DNA of 64,000 bases from Camelus ferus (GCF_009834535.1 NC_045696.1:25794001-25858000), one strand, 5' to 3'; counted from the stretch's first letter, positions 37,396-51,080 are shown. The notes: generated from the letters alone by a model not told the origin. Program-made: numbers and translations.

Positions 37396-40124
37396 GGGAA
37401 AAAGAAGGTAGTCAAAGATAGAAACTATAGATACAAAACATGAATGACTTCATACCCTCATTAAAGAAATAGATATATTTGCCAAGACAGAAATATAAGT
37501 TCAGAAAATCATATGTATGTCATAGCTTTCCAAAATAATGTGAAAATCTATATCATAGAAAGATAATTTGTTTTATGTTCCATTCTGACTATGATTTGTT
37601 CATTCGTTATTATCTAGAAAATATCCATGTAGCATCTAATTGCGTACAAACTTTGAAAACACAAAGTTACATATAAATTACATTTGAAATTGAAAATAAT
37701 TTTAAAAGTCTAAGGATTTCATGTGTAGCAACTTCGAGGCAGAAAATGAAAATATTACTGCAGATGTTTTTGTTCCTCCAAGTCAAGGAAGGTGTGCCTG
37801 AAGGATTTAGAAAATATTAAAAGTAAGGACAGTTAGATTAATGTTTTGCCAGAACCAGCTCATGACAATTAACACCAACATGTTGACATTAGTAGGTTTT
37901 CTTTATAAATCCATGTCTATTAAATATAAATAATGTTGGTTATGAAATTGGGATCGTTCGTATAACACTGGTTGAGAAAATTGTTTGAAGAATTCATTTT
38001 AATCCAACAGCTGTGGATCTTTTTAGGCGGTATAGCAATACATTTTGGTATTTAACTCAATTTTACTTTCTTACTTTTTCCTTTAACCTTGGTTCTTTTT
38101 CTCTTAAGGTAACACCTTGTTAAAAAGAAGTATATATGTATATGTAGGAGCATATTTCATTCTGAGCTGATTGATAAATTATTCCAAGGCAATGACTGGG
38201 GTTGCCAAGGAGTGTTAAAATCAAGATTAGCATCTAGATGAACTGGCCAGCCTTATGGCATGTTCATTGACTCTGTAAGCTGGTATTCATGTTGACCTAG
38301 CCCTCCTTATCCTCAACCCACCCACATTGATTGATCCTCCATTTTCGTGCTTGTGCTCAGTAAATACCTAAATTGAAAACTAGGAGTGAGGAACTACTTT
38401 CTTATTTTACCAGTTGATCTTTATAACACAATACGAGTTTGAGGCAGTTAAAAAATACAACTGTCCATCCAAAAGCTCGATAATTTTCCGTTACATAATT
38501 ACAGCTATCTGATTCAAATGTTTACCATACATATGCTAAATCTGAGGCAGATAATGTTACCTGTTAATTTAAATGCTATGAGAAAAACTGCAAAACATGT
38601 TGTTGGTCAGCATGGAAATACGAACCCACAGGTGGGAAGTACGGACAGACCTCACAAAACAGGCACCTGGAAGCTAGTCAGCAATCAAGGAAGGTATCAA
38701 GGCAACTTTTCCTTCCTTGAGGGCGCACACTCTTCCTTATCTCTGTATCTCTCTACTCTTTTAGTGATCTGTTTCCCTCGTCACCTGATTTCTTCTGCTG
38801 GATCTCTTAAAATACAGCCTTACAAGGACCACCAGGCTAACTCTACTTCTCTCAGCTGAACTTCTCATCTTTGAATTTTTAGAATTCTAGAAATTGGTAG
38901 ATGGTCAGCTCATATAAATGACAGCACATATACGACGGATGCTGGCCAGCTAATCCTCCAGTTTTTTCCTAGCCGTTGGCCATGTGTAGCTCATTCAATC
39001 GTCACCTCTGCACAAAACAACAAAAAATAGCTTTCTACTCTTTCTCTGAGTGAAGGCAATGTACAGAACAATTTAAGCCAGAAGGCGAGGTGGGTAAGAC
39101 AGAAAATTGAAAGATGATATGTTATTGATTTGATATAATAAGTTAAAAGTGCATGGTTCCATTTTAGATATTGTATGATAATAAAAATGAAGAAGAAAAG
39201 AATTGTCCTAGACTTAGTGCAGTAATTAGATTTTCAAATTATGTTTATTTTTCCACTAACTTTTCTTGGGGTTAGATATTTTGTGATAAGTCTTCATGGT
39301 AACATGTGAAAGCAAACATGTTTATTCTGTGATTTGGTGGAATGAATTGTCAGAATTCCAGCTTTTAGCGTTGATAAAACTTCTAATGAGTAAAAAATTC
39401 TAATGAGAAAGTGAATGTCAGTGATGAGCTATATGATTTCTTTCTTGTGAAATTATCTTTTTTCCTCCAAAATCTGAAGACTTGTGAACACAGAGCAGAG
39501 TATTCAATATTCCCATTCTCTGACCATTATACATAACAAATTGCACCCCTAACCAGTTCTGCAGTTGACTGAATCTGTTGTTGGGGCTAATTTTAACACT
39601 GTAAGTTTCTAGACAGATTTGTGTATAGCATTTAATTTGATGGGGTGAGGAGTGCTGGCAGATGAGGGATGGGCCAATAAGGGATTCAGAAACTGCCAAG
39701 CACTAGAACTATATACATTAAAAGGCTTTCCATTTAGAAAAATGGAGAATTAAATGGCTTTTTCCATGTTAATCTAATTGTTATTGTCAAACACTTTCTC
39801 AACACAGGGCCAACAATGATTTTGCCAATTCAGGGCAGCTGGTATAGTTCTCAATAAAACAAAAACCCCATTTGTGTGCGTGTTTCACTGATATAACTGG
39901 AGGTATTTTACCAAAAGATTCTTTTTCCTTGATTACATTCAATTTAGTAAGATAACCCTATCTTTGTCATTCACACTGACTCGACTCTAATTCATCCCAA
40001 GATTACTACAATGCCCATCCATCTGCAGAGATCTAGCTACTCAAATTTGAAAGGAGATTGAACACTTCTAATAACATTCACACAAAATAGACATCGGTCT
40101 TATATACAGCTGATCTCACTAGGT

Positions 40125-41760
40125 TCTTATTTCCTTTTTCACTCTTTTCCCAGATGACCCCCACCATTCTAGTGGCTTTAAATCCATGTATAGACTGATG
40201 CTGCCCAAATTTGCAGTTTTCAGCCAGACTCCTTTTCTGAGTTTCACATTTGCATATCCAACTCCCTGCTTGACTTTTGCAACTGGATTTTTCAAAGATA
40301 CCTTCAATTTAACATCCAAACAGAACCTTTGGTTTCCCCTCCCCCCCAATATTTTCATCCTCAATTTTTTTTTTTATTTCTCAGCAGATGATACCTTCAA
40401 CCATGCTTTTTCCAAAGTCCAAAGCTTAGGAGTTATCTTCAACATGTTTCTCACCCCATCACTAAATGCTGTAAATTCATCTTCCCAACTGTGTCTCAAC
40501 TGAATGCATTCTGCCTCATCTTTTTTGACATCACGTTTCTTCAAGTCACTATTACAGTATAGTTTCTTTGGCCTCCTTGCTTCTGTTCTTGTCCACTTTT
40601 ACTATTGCTCTTCAAAACCAATAAAGGGAGAATTTTTGAAATAACTTATTAGGTCATTCCAGGATTTTAGTTCATTTAAAATGTTTTATGTCATTAGTTT
40701 ATATAAAATGTTTAGAATGTATCCTACTATAATATAAATTCTTCATCCAGACTCACAACATCCTTTATGATCTGATTTCTTCTTTCCTCTCCAGGACGGT
40801 ATGCCACTTTCTCTCTAACTCTCAAGGCTTCAGCTACCCTGGCCTTCTTTTAAAGCCTTAAACTAAGTCCTTTTAAATCTGAGTCATCACATATACTGCT
40901 CCTTCTACTTGAAAGGCTTCTTCTCCCTTATCTCGCTAACTCTTAAATTGTCTCATAATACGTAGTGATAGACATAATAGTCTCTTAGACTAGTAACCTT
41001 TGTTACCGAATTGGTCGCCTGGACCTTTTTTTTCCACTAAGAATCACATAGCCAATAATGAAATCTGTGCTGAAACTAGAACAGCACAAGATTTGTCCAA
41101 TGGCCAAAGAATGAGAATCAGGAATTTAGCTCACAAATCAACTTCTCAACCCGAGTAGGGATGAGACACCATCTATATATGAGGGTCAAGGTAAAAGGGA
41201 AGGAATTGAATAAAAAGAAGGAGGAACATTCATGGCTTATTCAAAAACAAGGGTGTGGTTTGGACCCAGCACTGAGGCACCACGCCTTTTCAGTCTTTGT
41301 AGGGGCTCTTCTGGTGGTTGTCACAGCAATTGTCGACTGTCAAAGTGCTGCTGGGTGTGTCTTTTAGCATGCTAATGTATCACAATGGGCATATAATGAG
41401 GTTCAAGGTCCACTGGAGGTCAAATCTCCTATCATCTTGAATCTACCTGGTTCTAATCAGTTTTTGTTTTTCTATTTGCAGTTTCCTCCTTTTGTAGTTA
41501 AGCCTGATACTCAGATGAGAGCAGTTAGTCTCCATTCAAGGAAGCAGCAGGGGATATGATTCTGGGCAACAGCCTGGTAACACTTTCCCTACGTAGCACT
41601 TATCCCTTTGTGATTATTACATCTCTCTCCTTACTTGTCTGCAATTTTTGCAAGGGCACTGCTATAGCACCAGAATTTGATCTCTGCTATATTACTGGAA
41701 CAGAACCCAATGCCTGATACTGAATAATTGCCTAATAAACTTCTTTTGATTTACCAGCAA
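40125..41760 (+). mobile_element. L2 LINE 3' portion, split by the LTR at 41001-41582
   Basis: ggctttaaatcc...gactgatgctgcccaaatt RT remnant and atatccaactccctgcttgac. Resumes after the LTR with tagcacttatc...gcaagggca...tgcctgatact. Confidence 0.8.
41001..41582 (-). mobile_element. MER41-like ERV1 solo LTR
   Basis: Perfect 7-bp terminal inverted repeats tgttacc...ggtaaca. Core gtgtcttttagcatgctaatgtat...tataatgag...gaggtca...atcatcttg resembles MER41. Near-TSD cctt/cttt. Confidence 0.78.
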
Positions 41761-42577
41761 ATTTTTAGAATACACGATGTTTTAAAACTATAGAACCTCT
41801 TCCACTTTAGAAAAGGGAGTTTCTCTCTGAGGATATAATCCGTAGGTGATTAGTATGAAAGTATTAAGTGAATAATATTATTACTAAAAGTTATCTAAAA
41901 GAACATTTCCTTGGCTTATTTACAATGAACATTACAGTTCAATGTTCTAGAAATAGATCCTGCTACCTATTTTATTCCTGAAAGTTATAGCAAGTCATTG
42001 TGATGTGAAAGAAATTCACACATACAAAAAATTGTTCGTATTATTATATAGAAAATTATAATTATTTAGAAGTTAGGAATTTAAACTTTTTAGTAGTTTC
42101 TACTTTAAACATTTTCTTGTAGAAACACATTGATTTGTTTTTCTTTTCGTCTTTCAACCTAACAGGTCTAAATTTGACATTTTTATCACCCCAGTGGAAT
42201 GCCTGGTTTTCATTTGCAAAGCACACCTCGCTTTTACAAGTGAAACACCATGAGCTAAGCAGCACCAGCAAATCTAACAACCAGCTCGGGCTCCATTGTT
42301 CTGACTCCCCATTCCCACAGACCGGGAATTCTCGTAAGATAAAAGTATTACATAAGCAGAATTCTTTTCAACTTAGAAGGAGAAGGCTGTCCCCTGAGTT
42401 TGCTTTTGATTCTTTGCATGGGAAGCACCACTGATGTTTAAAAAGTACTGGCCTTACATATCAGCACGCTGTTGATGACAGCTGCTTGTGGAAATGCAGA
42501 AGCTCATGTGTGCTCTCTACATGCAGTTCTATTGGTTATACGTACCCATCTCCTGAACTCCAGGAGATTTGCAAGAC

Positions 42578-42775
42578 AGAAATAGGTTCATGTGGCTCAG
42601 AATAAAACACTGGTCTCTGGGAGTCCAGAAGTCTAATTTCAGTTCTGATTCTAACTCCAGTTCTTTCACATTGAATGGTTCTCTTAATTCTCTGTTTCAA
42701 TCACCTCATCTATAAAATATGCAGTTGACTAGATGGACTCTGAGTCTCTCAACTCTCACTTTCTGTTACTCTAAT
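42578..42775 (+). mobile_element. MIR3-like SINE
   Basis: cactgg...gggagtccagaag...cttaattctctgtttcaatcacctcatctataaaat...gttgactagatg. Confidence 0.7.
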
Positions 42776-43983
42776 TTTCCATCTCTTAACTGAAAACACA
42801 GTAACACTATTGAAATGCTAGTATTATTTATTCTAAGTGTGGCTAGAATGTCATACTCCTATTCATTTAGACTCCTAAGATATATACCTTTACAATCATA
42901 TAGATTTTTGTGACTTTAGTTTCTTCTTACCTAATTATAAAAAATATTTTGTAGACACATAGAATTTAATGCAATGCTCCCCCCTCAATGTTTGTCTAAC
43001 CTCATGTCAGTTCTTCAGCTGTGTGTAGAAAAGTAGGGAATATATTTTAATATGTTAGCAATAAAATGTGCTTTCAAATTTATTTGGGCATCTTTTCAGT
43101 AGATTGACTTTGAGTTGGTTCTTTCTAGAAACTCTGTATCATGGTCTATTGAAAGGGCTACCTCAGAGGACTGGTATTTGTGTTTGGGAAATTCCTTTCC
43201 ATGGTCCTCTGACCTCCTTTATCTTGAGGTTTGCATACCACTCATTGCTATCTATGTTAGTAGCTGTGTCTGCAGACCTGGCAAGAGCATTTAAAAACCC
43301 TTCTTGTTTATTATTAAGGTTGCCATTCAATTATAATTGTTTTTCTCATATTTCCAGCCTGCTTTTAGTGATCCCAAACCTCCCAGAGAATGAAATGTTG
43401 AATTATATTTTTAAGGAAGTCAGGAAAATACATACTAAGTCTGTACAACATATTGGAAACTACCACTTAAAATTACTGATTCTTTATAGTTGAAGTCAAT
43501 TACCAAACTGGAAAATAGTGACCATATATTACAGCTGGGCTTAGCACAATGCATTTTGATAACTAGAATGCACACTCATAGTTAAATATAGACCTATTAC
43601 AAGAAGCAAAAAGGAAGAAGCCACATCTTTCATTAGTACATTTTTCTACCTGGCTACCTGAGAAGTCAGAAAAGTTTACTAAGGCTTAGGTTAGTTCTTT
43701 ATTTTTTTCCTTTCATTTTACAATGCACATTGTTCTACAGTGAGCTGAATGCTGTTGGGTGATATTATACAGTGTTATTAATTCCTCAGAAGAACATGTT
43801 GGACAGTTAGTATAGCTCCTACTTTAAAAACAAGGAGGAAACTAAAGTTATGGCAATAAAAGTTGTACGTTTCTATATAAGAAGATAAATTATTTTCTGA
43901 TGGCTGACTATGTCTACCAAATTCCTGAACTTATAAGTACCCAAATCTTAATAGGTGATACGAGTACTAAAAGGTAGTGTGGG

Positions 43984-44516
43984 CAGATGAACAGGTTGAA
44001 TAGAGTTGTGGTATATTTATACAATGGAGTACTACTCAGCCATAAAAAATAATAAAATAATGCCATTTGCAGCAACTTGGATGGACCTAGAGAATGTAAT
44101 TCTAAGTAAAGTAAGCCAGAAGGAGAAAGAAAAATGTCATATGATATCACTTCTATGTGGAATCTAAAAAAAAAAAAAAAAAAAAAAAACAACTTATTTA
44201 CAAAATAGAAAGAGACTCAGACATAGGAAACAAACTTTTGGCTACGGGGTGGGGGGTAGGAAAGGGGATAGAAAGGGATAAATTGGGAGTTCGAGATTTG
44301 CAGATATTAACTAATAAATATAAAATAGATAAACAAGTTTATACTGTATAGCACAGGGAACAATATTCAATGTCTTATAGTAACTTATGGTGAAAAGAGT
44401 ATGAAAATGAATATATGCATGTTCCTATTATGACTGAAGCATTATGCTGTACACCAGAAATTGACACAACATTGTAAACTGACTATAACATCAATATAAA
44501 TAAATAAATAAATAAA
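43984..44516 (+). mobile_element. Young camelid-type L1: ORF2 C-terminus, 3'UTR and (TAAA)n tail, 5'-truncated
   Basis: 44009-44167 translates without interruption as WYIYTMEYYSAIKNNKIMPFAATWMDLENVILSKVSQKEKEKCHMISLLCGI*, the L1 ORF2p end. 3'UTR contains tgtatagcacagggaac. Confidence 0.95.
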
Positions 44517-44675
44517 GTGAGCCACATATTCCTTAATATTCCTCTCATCAGGAGGTGAAGGTCAATATTTCCCCTTGAAATCTGGCAGATGCTGTGATGA
44601 TTTTTAACAGTAGAATATGGTAGAAGTGGTGATGTACCAGTTTAAGGGCCCAAGTCTTAAGGAATCAGAACTACT
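44517..44675 (+). mobile_element. MLT1F/G/H-type LTR 5' fragment
   Basis: ttcctctcatcaggaggtg...ccccttgaaatctggc...tagaatatggtagaagtg. Confidence 0.7.
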
Positions 44676-44848
44676 TTACATTTAATAAGCATTAAATTAA
44701 TGCTAATTATTAATTGTATTATTGATATTCTCCTCACTACATATATCAATGAAAGAAAAAACTGAAGACTAAGCTTGTTATCTTTCTGATGCTTCTTAGG
44801 AAATCTGAGTTGGAATCTGGAGGGTCCTATTACAGATTAGGGCATTTG

Positions 44849-46145
44849 TTAGGCTAAGGATATATGCTTGGGGCTCATTAAGTTCCTTGGATCTCTGGAC
44901 TTATAGTTTTCTTTAAATTTGGAAAAAAATTTTGTCCATTTTTCCCTTGACACATCTATTCTACTCCACCCCAAACATACCTTTTTCTGAGAAACTACAA
45001 TTACATGTATATCTGGACATTTGAAGTTGTTCCACATGTCACTGATGATCTTTTAATTGTTGTTTTTTAATATTTTCCCTCTCTGTGTTTTATTTTGAAT
45101 ACTTTTATTGATATGTCTTCAAGGTCATTAATCTTTTCTCCTGCAATGTCTTACTGGCTATTATTCTTATCTCACACATTGTAGTTTTCACCTCTGCAAG
45201 TTCAATTCGATACCCTTGTTTTTTATCTTTCATGTTTACACTTAGCATCTCATTCTTTCCTCTGGCTTTTGAACTATTGGATGCAGTTATTATAACTTCA
45301 TTAATGTCTTCATCAACTAAGTCTTCCATCTATGTCTTTTCCAGATTGTTTTTGATTGTTTTATTTTTTGTTTTACATATAATTGGTTGTATTTTCCTGC
45401 TTCTTTGTGTGCCTGCTAATGTTTTACCAGATGCCAGATATTGAGAATTTTACCTTCTTAGGTCCTGGGTATTTTTATATTCTTAAAAATACTCTTGGGT
45501 TATGTTCTGAGATGTGGTTAAGGTACCTGAAAACAACTCAATCCTTTCTGGTCTTACTTTTGAGCTTTGTTAATTAGGAGAAGAGCTGTGTTTAGTCTAG
45601 GGCTAATTATTACCCGAGTGAAGCAAAACTCTTTTTAGTACTCTACTAAATGTCCCTTGAAATATGAGGTTTTCCATTCAGGCTGGCTAGATCAATAACT
45701 ATTCCTAGCCCTTTCTGCTCCTCAAGAAGTTTTTCCTTGAAGTCTTTTAGGTGGTTCTTGGTACAGTGATGGATATTTGCTCACACGCATGCACTATGCA
45801 CTGATTACCACTCAGCTAAATACTTGAAAAGATCCCTCTGCAGGTCTCCTAGGTGCAGCCCTTTTTTCTCTGGAACCCTTTCCTGTGAACTTCAGCCTCA
45901 CCAATCTCCCAGTTCCATCTCCTCAGCTCAGGGAGACTGCTTGGTTCCAGCTGGGTCCCCCTCCCTGTGCACAGCCTGCAAATTCTCTCCAGCTGTAAGC
46001 TGGGGGCAAAGATAGGGATTATTTTATTTTTTTCCCTCATTTATCAGGAATCAATGTCTTTATTTGCTTGATGTCCAATATCTTGAAAATCGTTGTTTCA
46101 TATATATTCAGTTCTTGTTATTCCATCTTAAATTGAGGCAGAATT
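44849..46145 (-). mobile_element. Old L1M 5' region (5'UTR and ORF1 remnant)
   Basis: Minus ORF WNNFKCPDIHVIVVSQ...FSKFKENYK resembles L1 ORF1p. The coiled-coil-like ORF 45105..45329 is adjacent. Confidence 0.8.
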
Positions 46146-46769
46146 TGAAAACTGTCATTCTTATTATTCAAAATCACCATATGATAAAAATTTCCATGTC
46201 TTTTGTAGGTTCATTGAAGCACTTAACTCCTTTTTCATAAATTAAGAAAAATAATATTTTATTAGAAGCATAGTCCAAGAATAATGTCTGTTCAGAAGAA
46301 ATATTTCAGTGTATTTAGTCCAACTGTTTAGTACTTGATATCTTTCTATAAGAACACATACAAGCAGCCTTATGTATGATATCTCTTGAGGCTAGAAAAT
46401 TATTTCTGAGGAAGTTCATTCTCCTTTAGAATAGTCTTAACAGAACAAAAATTTTTCTTTATATTTCATTGAAGCTTCATTGTTCCTTGATCTACTACCT
46501 ATTAAGATTCAGAATAACACATAAATTTTCCAGTACAATACAAAATTTAAAATTATTTAAGTTAGGTTTTATTTTCCCAAAGTTGTGTCTTCTCATAGCT
46601 AACAGTTTCAGATTCCTCTGATCAATTGCATATGATATAGTTTTGTACTCCATTACCATTCTCATCTGAAAGCAATACTTTTTTTCATTTCAAACCCTGC
46701 CATTGTTTTGTTGTTGTTGTTGTTGTTCCTCTGGGGTTTTTAACATTCCAAGATTAGAAACTGTATAGT

Positions 46770-47630
46770 CAGTGCTGGCATTTATTTTCCCACATGTTTT
46801 TCAATATCTGTGCTCATCATTATTTGCTTTATCTAAGAACTTCCTCATAGGGTAATTTTCCCTTTTTTTTTTTTTTTTTTTTTGAGGAACATTTCTAGGA
46901 CTTCTTTCCCTTAGAGTCTATAGGTGGTCATGTCTCAGCTCTAACTCCTGTTGGTTTGTGTTTCTTCATGTGTTTTGCAATTTTGGATTATATGTGTTGC
47001 GTTTATCAGAAACCTGCAAGGTCTAGGCTGAGGGTGTGTTTTTCCAGAGAATTCAGCTTTTTTCCAGCTCTACATCATCCCCAACCCAATGCTAAAAATG
47101 AATACGACTTTTGATTAATTTGTTGCCTCAAAATTTTCCAGATGATGCAAGAGGAGTAAATTTGAACTCCAAACTAAATGGAAGGCAGGAATGTAATTGT
47201 GAATTCTGAGAGAGACATTTTTTAAAGCTTAGGCTGTGTCTGACAGGCTTCCCACCTGTTTCCAATTGCTGGTGAGTGGACTTTACTTCTAATTGACTTT
47301 TTCACTGAGGATATAGTTCTTCAGGGGTCCTGGCTTTAATGGAACCAACTTGTTTACCTTGTGAGGCCAGCACTTTGCCTCTTGTCCCCAAGATGGTTGT
47401 TAAAACATGACACTTTAGGGTTGAGAGGTTGTTAAACTTTCCCAGGGCAGCTGTAGCTCCCATGAAGAGACTTTTAATTATCTCTCTTGCTGCTACTCTG
47501 TTTTTGGTCTTTGGAGACTTCTTTTAGAATTGACAAGTATTTTGGAATCATGATTATATTATTTTAGCAAATATTTCCAAGGTTTTATAATGGGAAAGTT
47601 TTTCAGCTTTAGTAGGTCCAAAATACTGCC
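46770..47630 (-). mobile_element. Old L1M/HAL1-like fragment within the L3 relic
   Basis: T-rich L1-like tracts such as gtttgtgtttcttcatgtgttttgcaattttggatta. Family uncertain. Confidence 0.4.
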
Positions 47631-48039
47631 CTATCTTCCATAACTCCTTCCAAGTCATTTAGAAACATGCTTACTGTGACAAAATAAAGATGAAGTACCA
47701 TATGGCATTTGATTGAGAACTCTGTGTTGTTTATCAGTGATTACAAAGCTCAATTACAGCCATTCTACCAATTTCTGAATCACTTAATTGTCTTCACATT
47801 TACCTATATTTCCCCATTTTGTCCCCAGGCATAAATAAATAAGCTTGATTTTGGATAACAGGTGTAAAGTCAAGATTCTTTCATTTTTAATGATGGAATC
47901 CCAAGTCAAACTACTTTAACCCAGAAATAAGACTTTTTTGGATGATGTACCTTAAAAGTCTAGTAGTTAAAATGGCTAATTTCCAGTGCCCTAATAATGT
48001 CATCCAAATCCTCTTCATGTTTCAGATCAGTTTCATTTT

Positions 48040-48311
48040 CTTCTCAAAAGTGACAGCCAGCTTATTCTCACAAATTTGGCAACCCCAGCAGAGGTAGATC
48101 TTTTCTAATAGTTCCAAGAAAAAAGAAAAATCCCATGTATCACCCTCTTCTGTTTAGGTAAGATGTTAATCTCTGGATCTAGAGTGCAGGGTTGGCCATA
48201 TAAAAATGACATAAATTAAAAGGTGAGACAAGGAAGACTTGCAAAAGAAAAGTTGAGTCCATTACTACAATAAGGAATACTATGCAAGCAAAATCAACAG
48301 ATCTTCCTGCA
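48040..48311 (-). mobile_element. MLT1J/K/L-like LTR fragment
   Basis: tcttttctaatagttccaagaaaa...tccc and terminal gcaagcaaaatcaacagatcttcctgca. Confidence 0.5.
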
Positions 48312-49039
48312 CTGTGTGCCCTGTTTTTGTGCTCTAAAAAAATTGCAAAGAAAGATTATTCTAAAATCACTTCTTAGTAAATTATATTGAAAGACAGTAA
48401 TTACTGCTTTGTCAAAATATTCATAAACCTTGTCAGTACAATTAGCTGAACTTATTTTCTTAAAATTAGAATGACACATATATTTTAATATCCTTCTTTT
48501 TGTCATGGATTATCCAAAATTCCACAAATTGGTTTGGTGATCATCTTTTCAATACTCTGGGATGCAATTCACAGAGGCTGGAAAATATAATAAATTTATA
48601 CTCATAGGGGCTTTCTTTACAATTTCCTATCTTTGGGGGGATTAAAAGCCAAGTATATCAATATTTTTTCCATAATGTTCAGTTTGAAGAGTGTGATCTT
48701 TGACAGAGTTAAGAAAATAGTAGTTGAGGAATTCTCCATCCTTCAGCTCCTACTGAAGAGAAAGCCAAAGTTTTTCTTGGTTTTTCTTCTTCCTCTAACA
48801 GAATCAAATTAGTCTTTACATTGCTTAGTCTTTTGTAAACCTCAGTTCCCATTTGAGTAACATACTTACATATGAAATCTTTATTTTCTAAGACTGTGAA
48901 CTTCATTCTGAACCTATGGATGATGAAAAAAGTTTAAAGGTTTTATTATTTATTTCCAGTATATCATGAATTTTGTAAAATATATTAAAAGTGTATTATT
49001 AGAAAAAATAATTAGGAGGTCATAGTCATTTCAATTGCC

Positions 49040-49127
49040 ATGAAGTTTTCTAAACATCTGCTTTCAATTCCTGTACTCATCTCATGACAGTGGTTTATGG
49101 ACCACACTTTGAGTAGCAGCAATCTAG
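49040..49127 (+). mobile_element. hAT-Charlie (MER5-like) terminus
   Basis: ggaccacactttgagtagcagcaatctag. Confidence 0.6.
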
Positions 49128-50993
49128 GGTATGCACTTAACTGTGCCCAACTGATCCTCCCAGGTTAGAATAAACTCTGAGATATGCTTTCTTTCTTTGT
49201 CCCTTTCTTAAGGATATGAATTTAATATAGATTTATTTAATCATAATATTTGTATCATCAAAGTAATGAAAGTTAAGAACTTATCAGCCTTTATAGGGAT
49301 GTAGAAAGTTAAAACCACCATCAATACTACACTTGGCCTCAGTTCTCTATTGTGATCTGAATCTGAATTCCATAAGCCATTTCTTCTCTGATTTTAAGGA
49401 CTAAAGTTTATTCCTACAACTTTTATTGTTTCCAATGCATTTCCAGACTCTTTTCATGGAAACTAACACTCTGGTTATATTGTCTTCCATCCTAACAGAT
49501 TTTCATTTCTTTTAAAGTGGTGTAACCTTCAATCATCCCATTCCAGTCATTCAATACTATCTAGGTGATATATTTGAAATTATATTTACTTCTTTTCAGT
49601 TTACATGTCGCCTTGCAGTAAAGATAATATAGGAAAAATGAACTTGAATTATGTGTATATGTATGTATGTACACAGTATGCATTTATATAAAAATGGAAG
49701 AAAAAGAAATAGAGGCAAAAATATTGCTTTTAATTCCTTTCTTGACTTTTTTAAGTGACATATTATTTTTTATTCCATATCATTTGGCTTGCTACTCCCT
49801 ATAGAACAGAAAGGATTTACTGTATAAGTGTGGTGTCTTCTTTGTTCTTTCTTAGTTAATTAAAATTTTTCTTAGTAAACACCAGTAACTTTTTTAAAAA
49901 CATATTTTTCTACTTCTCCGTGAGATTTGAACCTTTCCTAAATTAATATAAATGATGTTCCAAAAATAGTCCCCATTTTATTTATTTTTTTTTACATAGC
50001 CAACAGCTATACCCTCAGGTCTTTTTTTTCTCATTTCCAAAGGCCCAAATAGTATATATAAATACCCATTTTTACCGTGAAACTCTCACGTTCTCCAATT
50101 ATCTCATCAAGTTTTCACTGACAGCTTCTCATCACCTTTGTTCTGGAATATATAAAGTATATTCTTTATTGCCCATGTTCCATGATTACATAACTGTACT
50201 AAATTATACCTGATAGTTTATTTGTCAAGTTATGTATCCCTCTGAATCAGTATAAATCATTAGCATGTGAGACTGATGAATTTCAGCAAGGCTTTACTCA
50301 GTTAATAGATATATTTCCTGAAAACTCAGACTACATTATGATTGACCATGTCTACTAATATTTTTTAATCCATCAGGTACAATAGTTGATTGTCAATGGA
50401 CATAAATAATTTCTGTGTCAGCAAAACAACTCTCCTGTTATAGGATACTTTTACATCTAACCTGTGAAATAAACTTTTGTAGAGTCAGTTATCATGATCA
50501 CATATGGCACAATTTTCTTATCCAAACATTTAGTATGTGTGTATGTGTGTTTATGTATATATTTGTGTATAAAACTGTTTAGTAGTTACATTTGTATAAA
50601 CTACACTTGCTTCTCTCCTAGTACGTTCAGCAGGGAGAATTTAATTAAACTAAATTTTCAGATTCTATTTCAACTTGTACAGATGTCAGGGTTTTTTTAA
50701 TTTATTGACTAAAATTTGCACACATTACATAAACCTCTGCCAAATGGTAGTTAGTAATTGTAGCATTTAAATACAATCAACTATCAGGCACTTCTGATGG
50801 TATTCATCACAAAACCTGTAGAAAAATGCGATTCTGTACCATTCTGACAAAAATCGTGGCAATGTACTAATGCAGAAATTTTTTTAACAATTTCTAGATA
50901 GAAAACCAAATAGAAATGTTATCCAGCCTTTTAGAATTTGCTTCTGAGTTAGCATCTCTTCATTTTTGAAAAAAATACGTTTTACTATAATAG

Positions 50994-51080
50994 ACAAGTT
51001 TGTGGAAGATTGACACTGCTAACATCAGCTGTCTGCTGCTTGTGTCACCCATCTTGAAAGTCACACAAAAAAGAACTTTG
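50994..51080 (+). other. Candidate 87-nt exon
   Basis: Weak acceptor ttttactataatag and donor ttg|gtaagt. One open frame. Confidence 0.2.

Larger units (their letters stand above)
46330..50100 (-). mobile_element. L3/CR1 LINE relic in several pieces, interrupted by younger elements
   Basis: gtcttctcatagctaacagtttcagattcctc...atatgatatagttt near 46590, accaatttctgaatcacttaattgt near 47770, and ttcaatactctgggatgcaattcacagaggctgga near 48550. Right boundary uncertain. Confidence 0.55.

Noticed and set aside
38620..38860. 113-aa ORF or MLT1-like fragment
   Set aside because: The ORF has no recognisable homology, and the LTR resemblance is too weak to assign.
42460..42486. Non-canonical REST/RE1 site (tcagcacg-N7-tgacagctgc)
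   Set aside because: Mismatches at key positions in both half-sites.
43068..43493. 141-aa plus-strand ORF, the longest in the track
   Set aside because: GTG start, Leu/Phe/Ser-rich composition typical of T-rich non-coding DNA, and no recognisable homology.
44009..44167. Functional CDS
   Set aside because: Only the C-terminal 52 aa of L1 ORF2p in a 5'-truncated copy.
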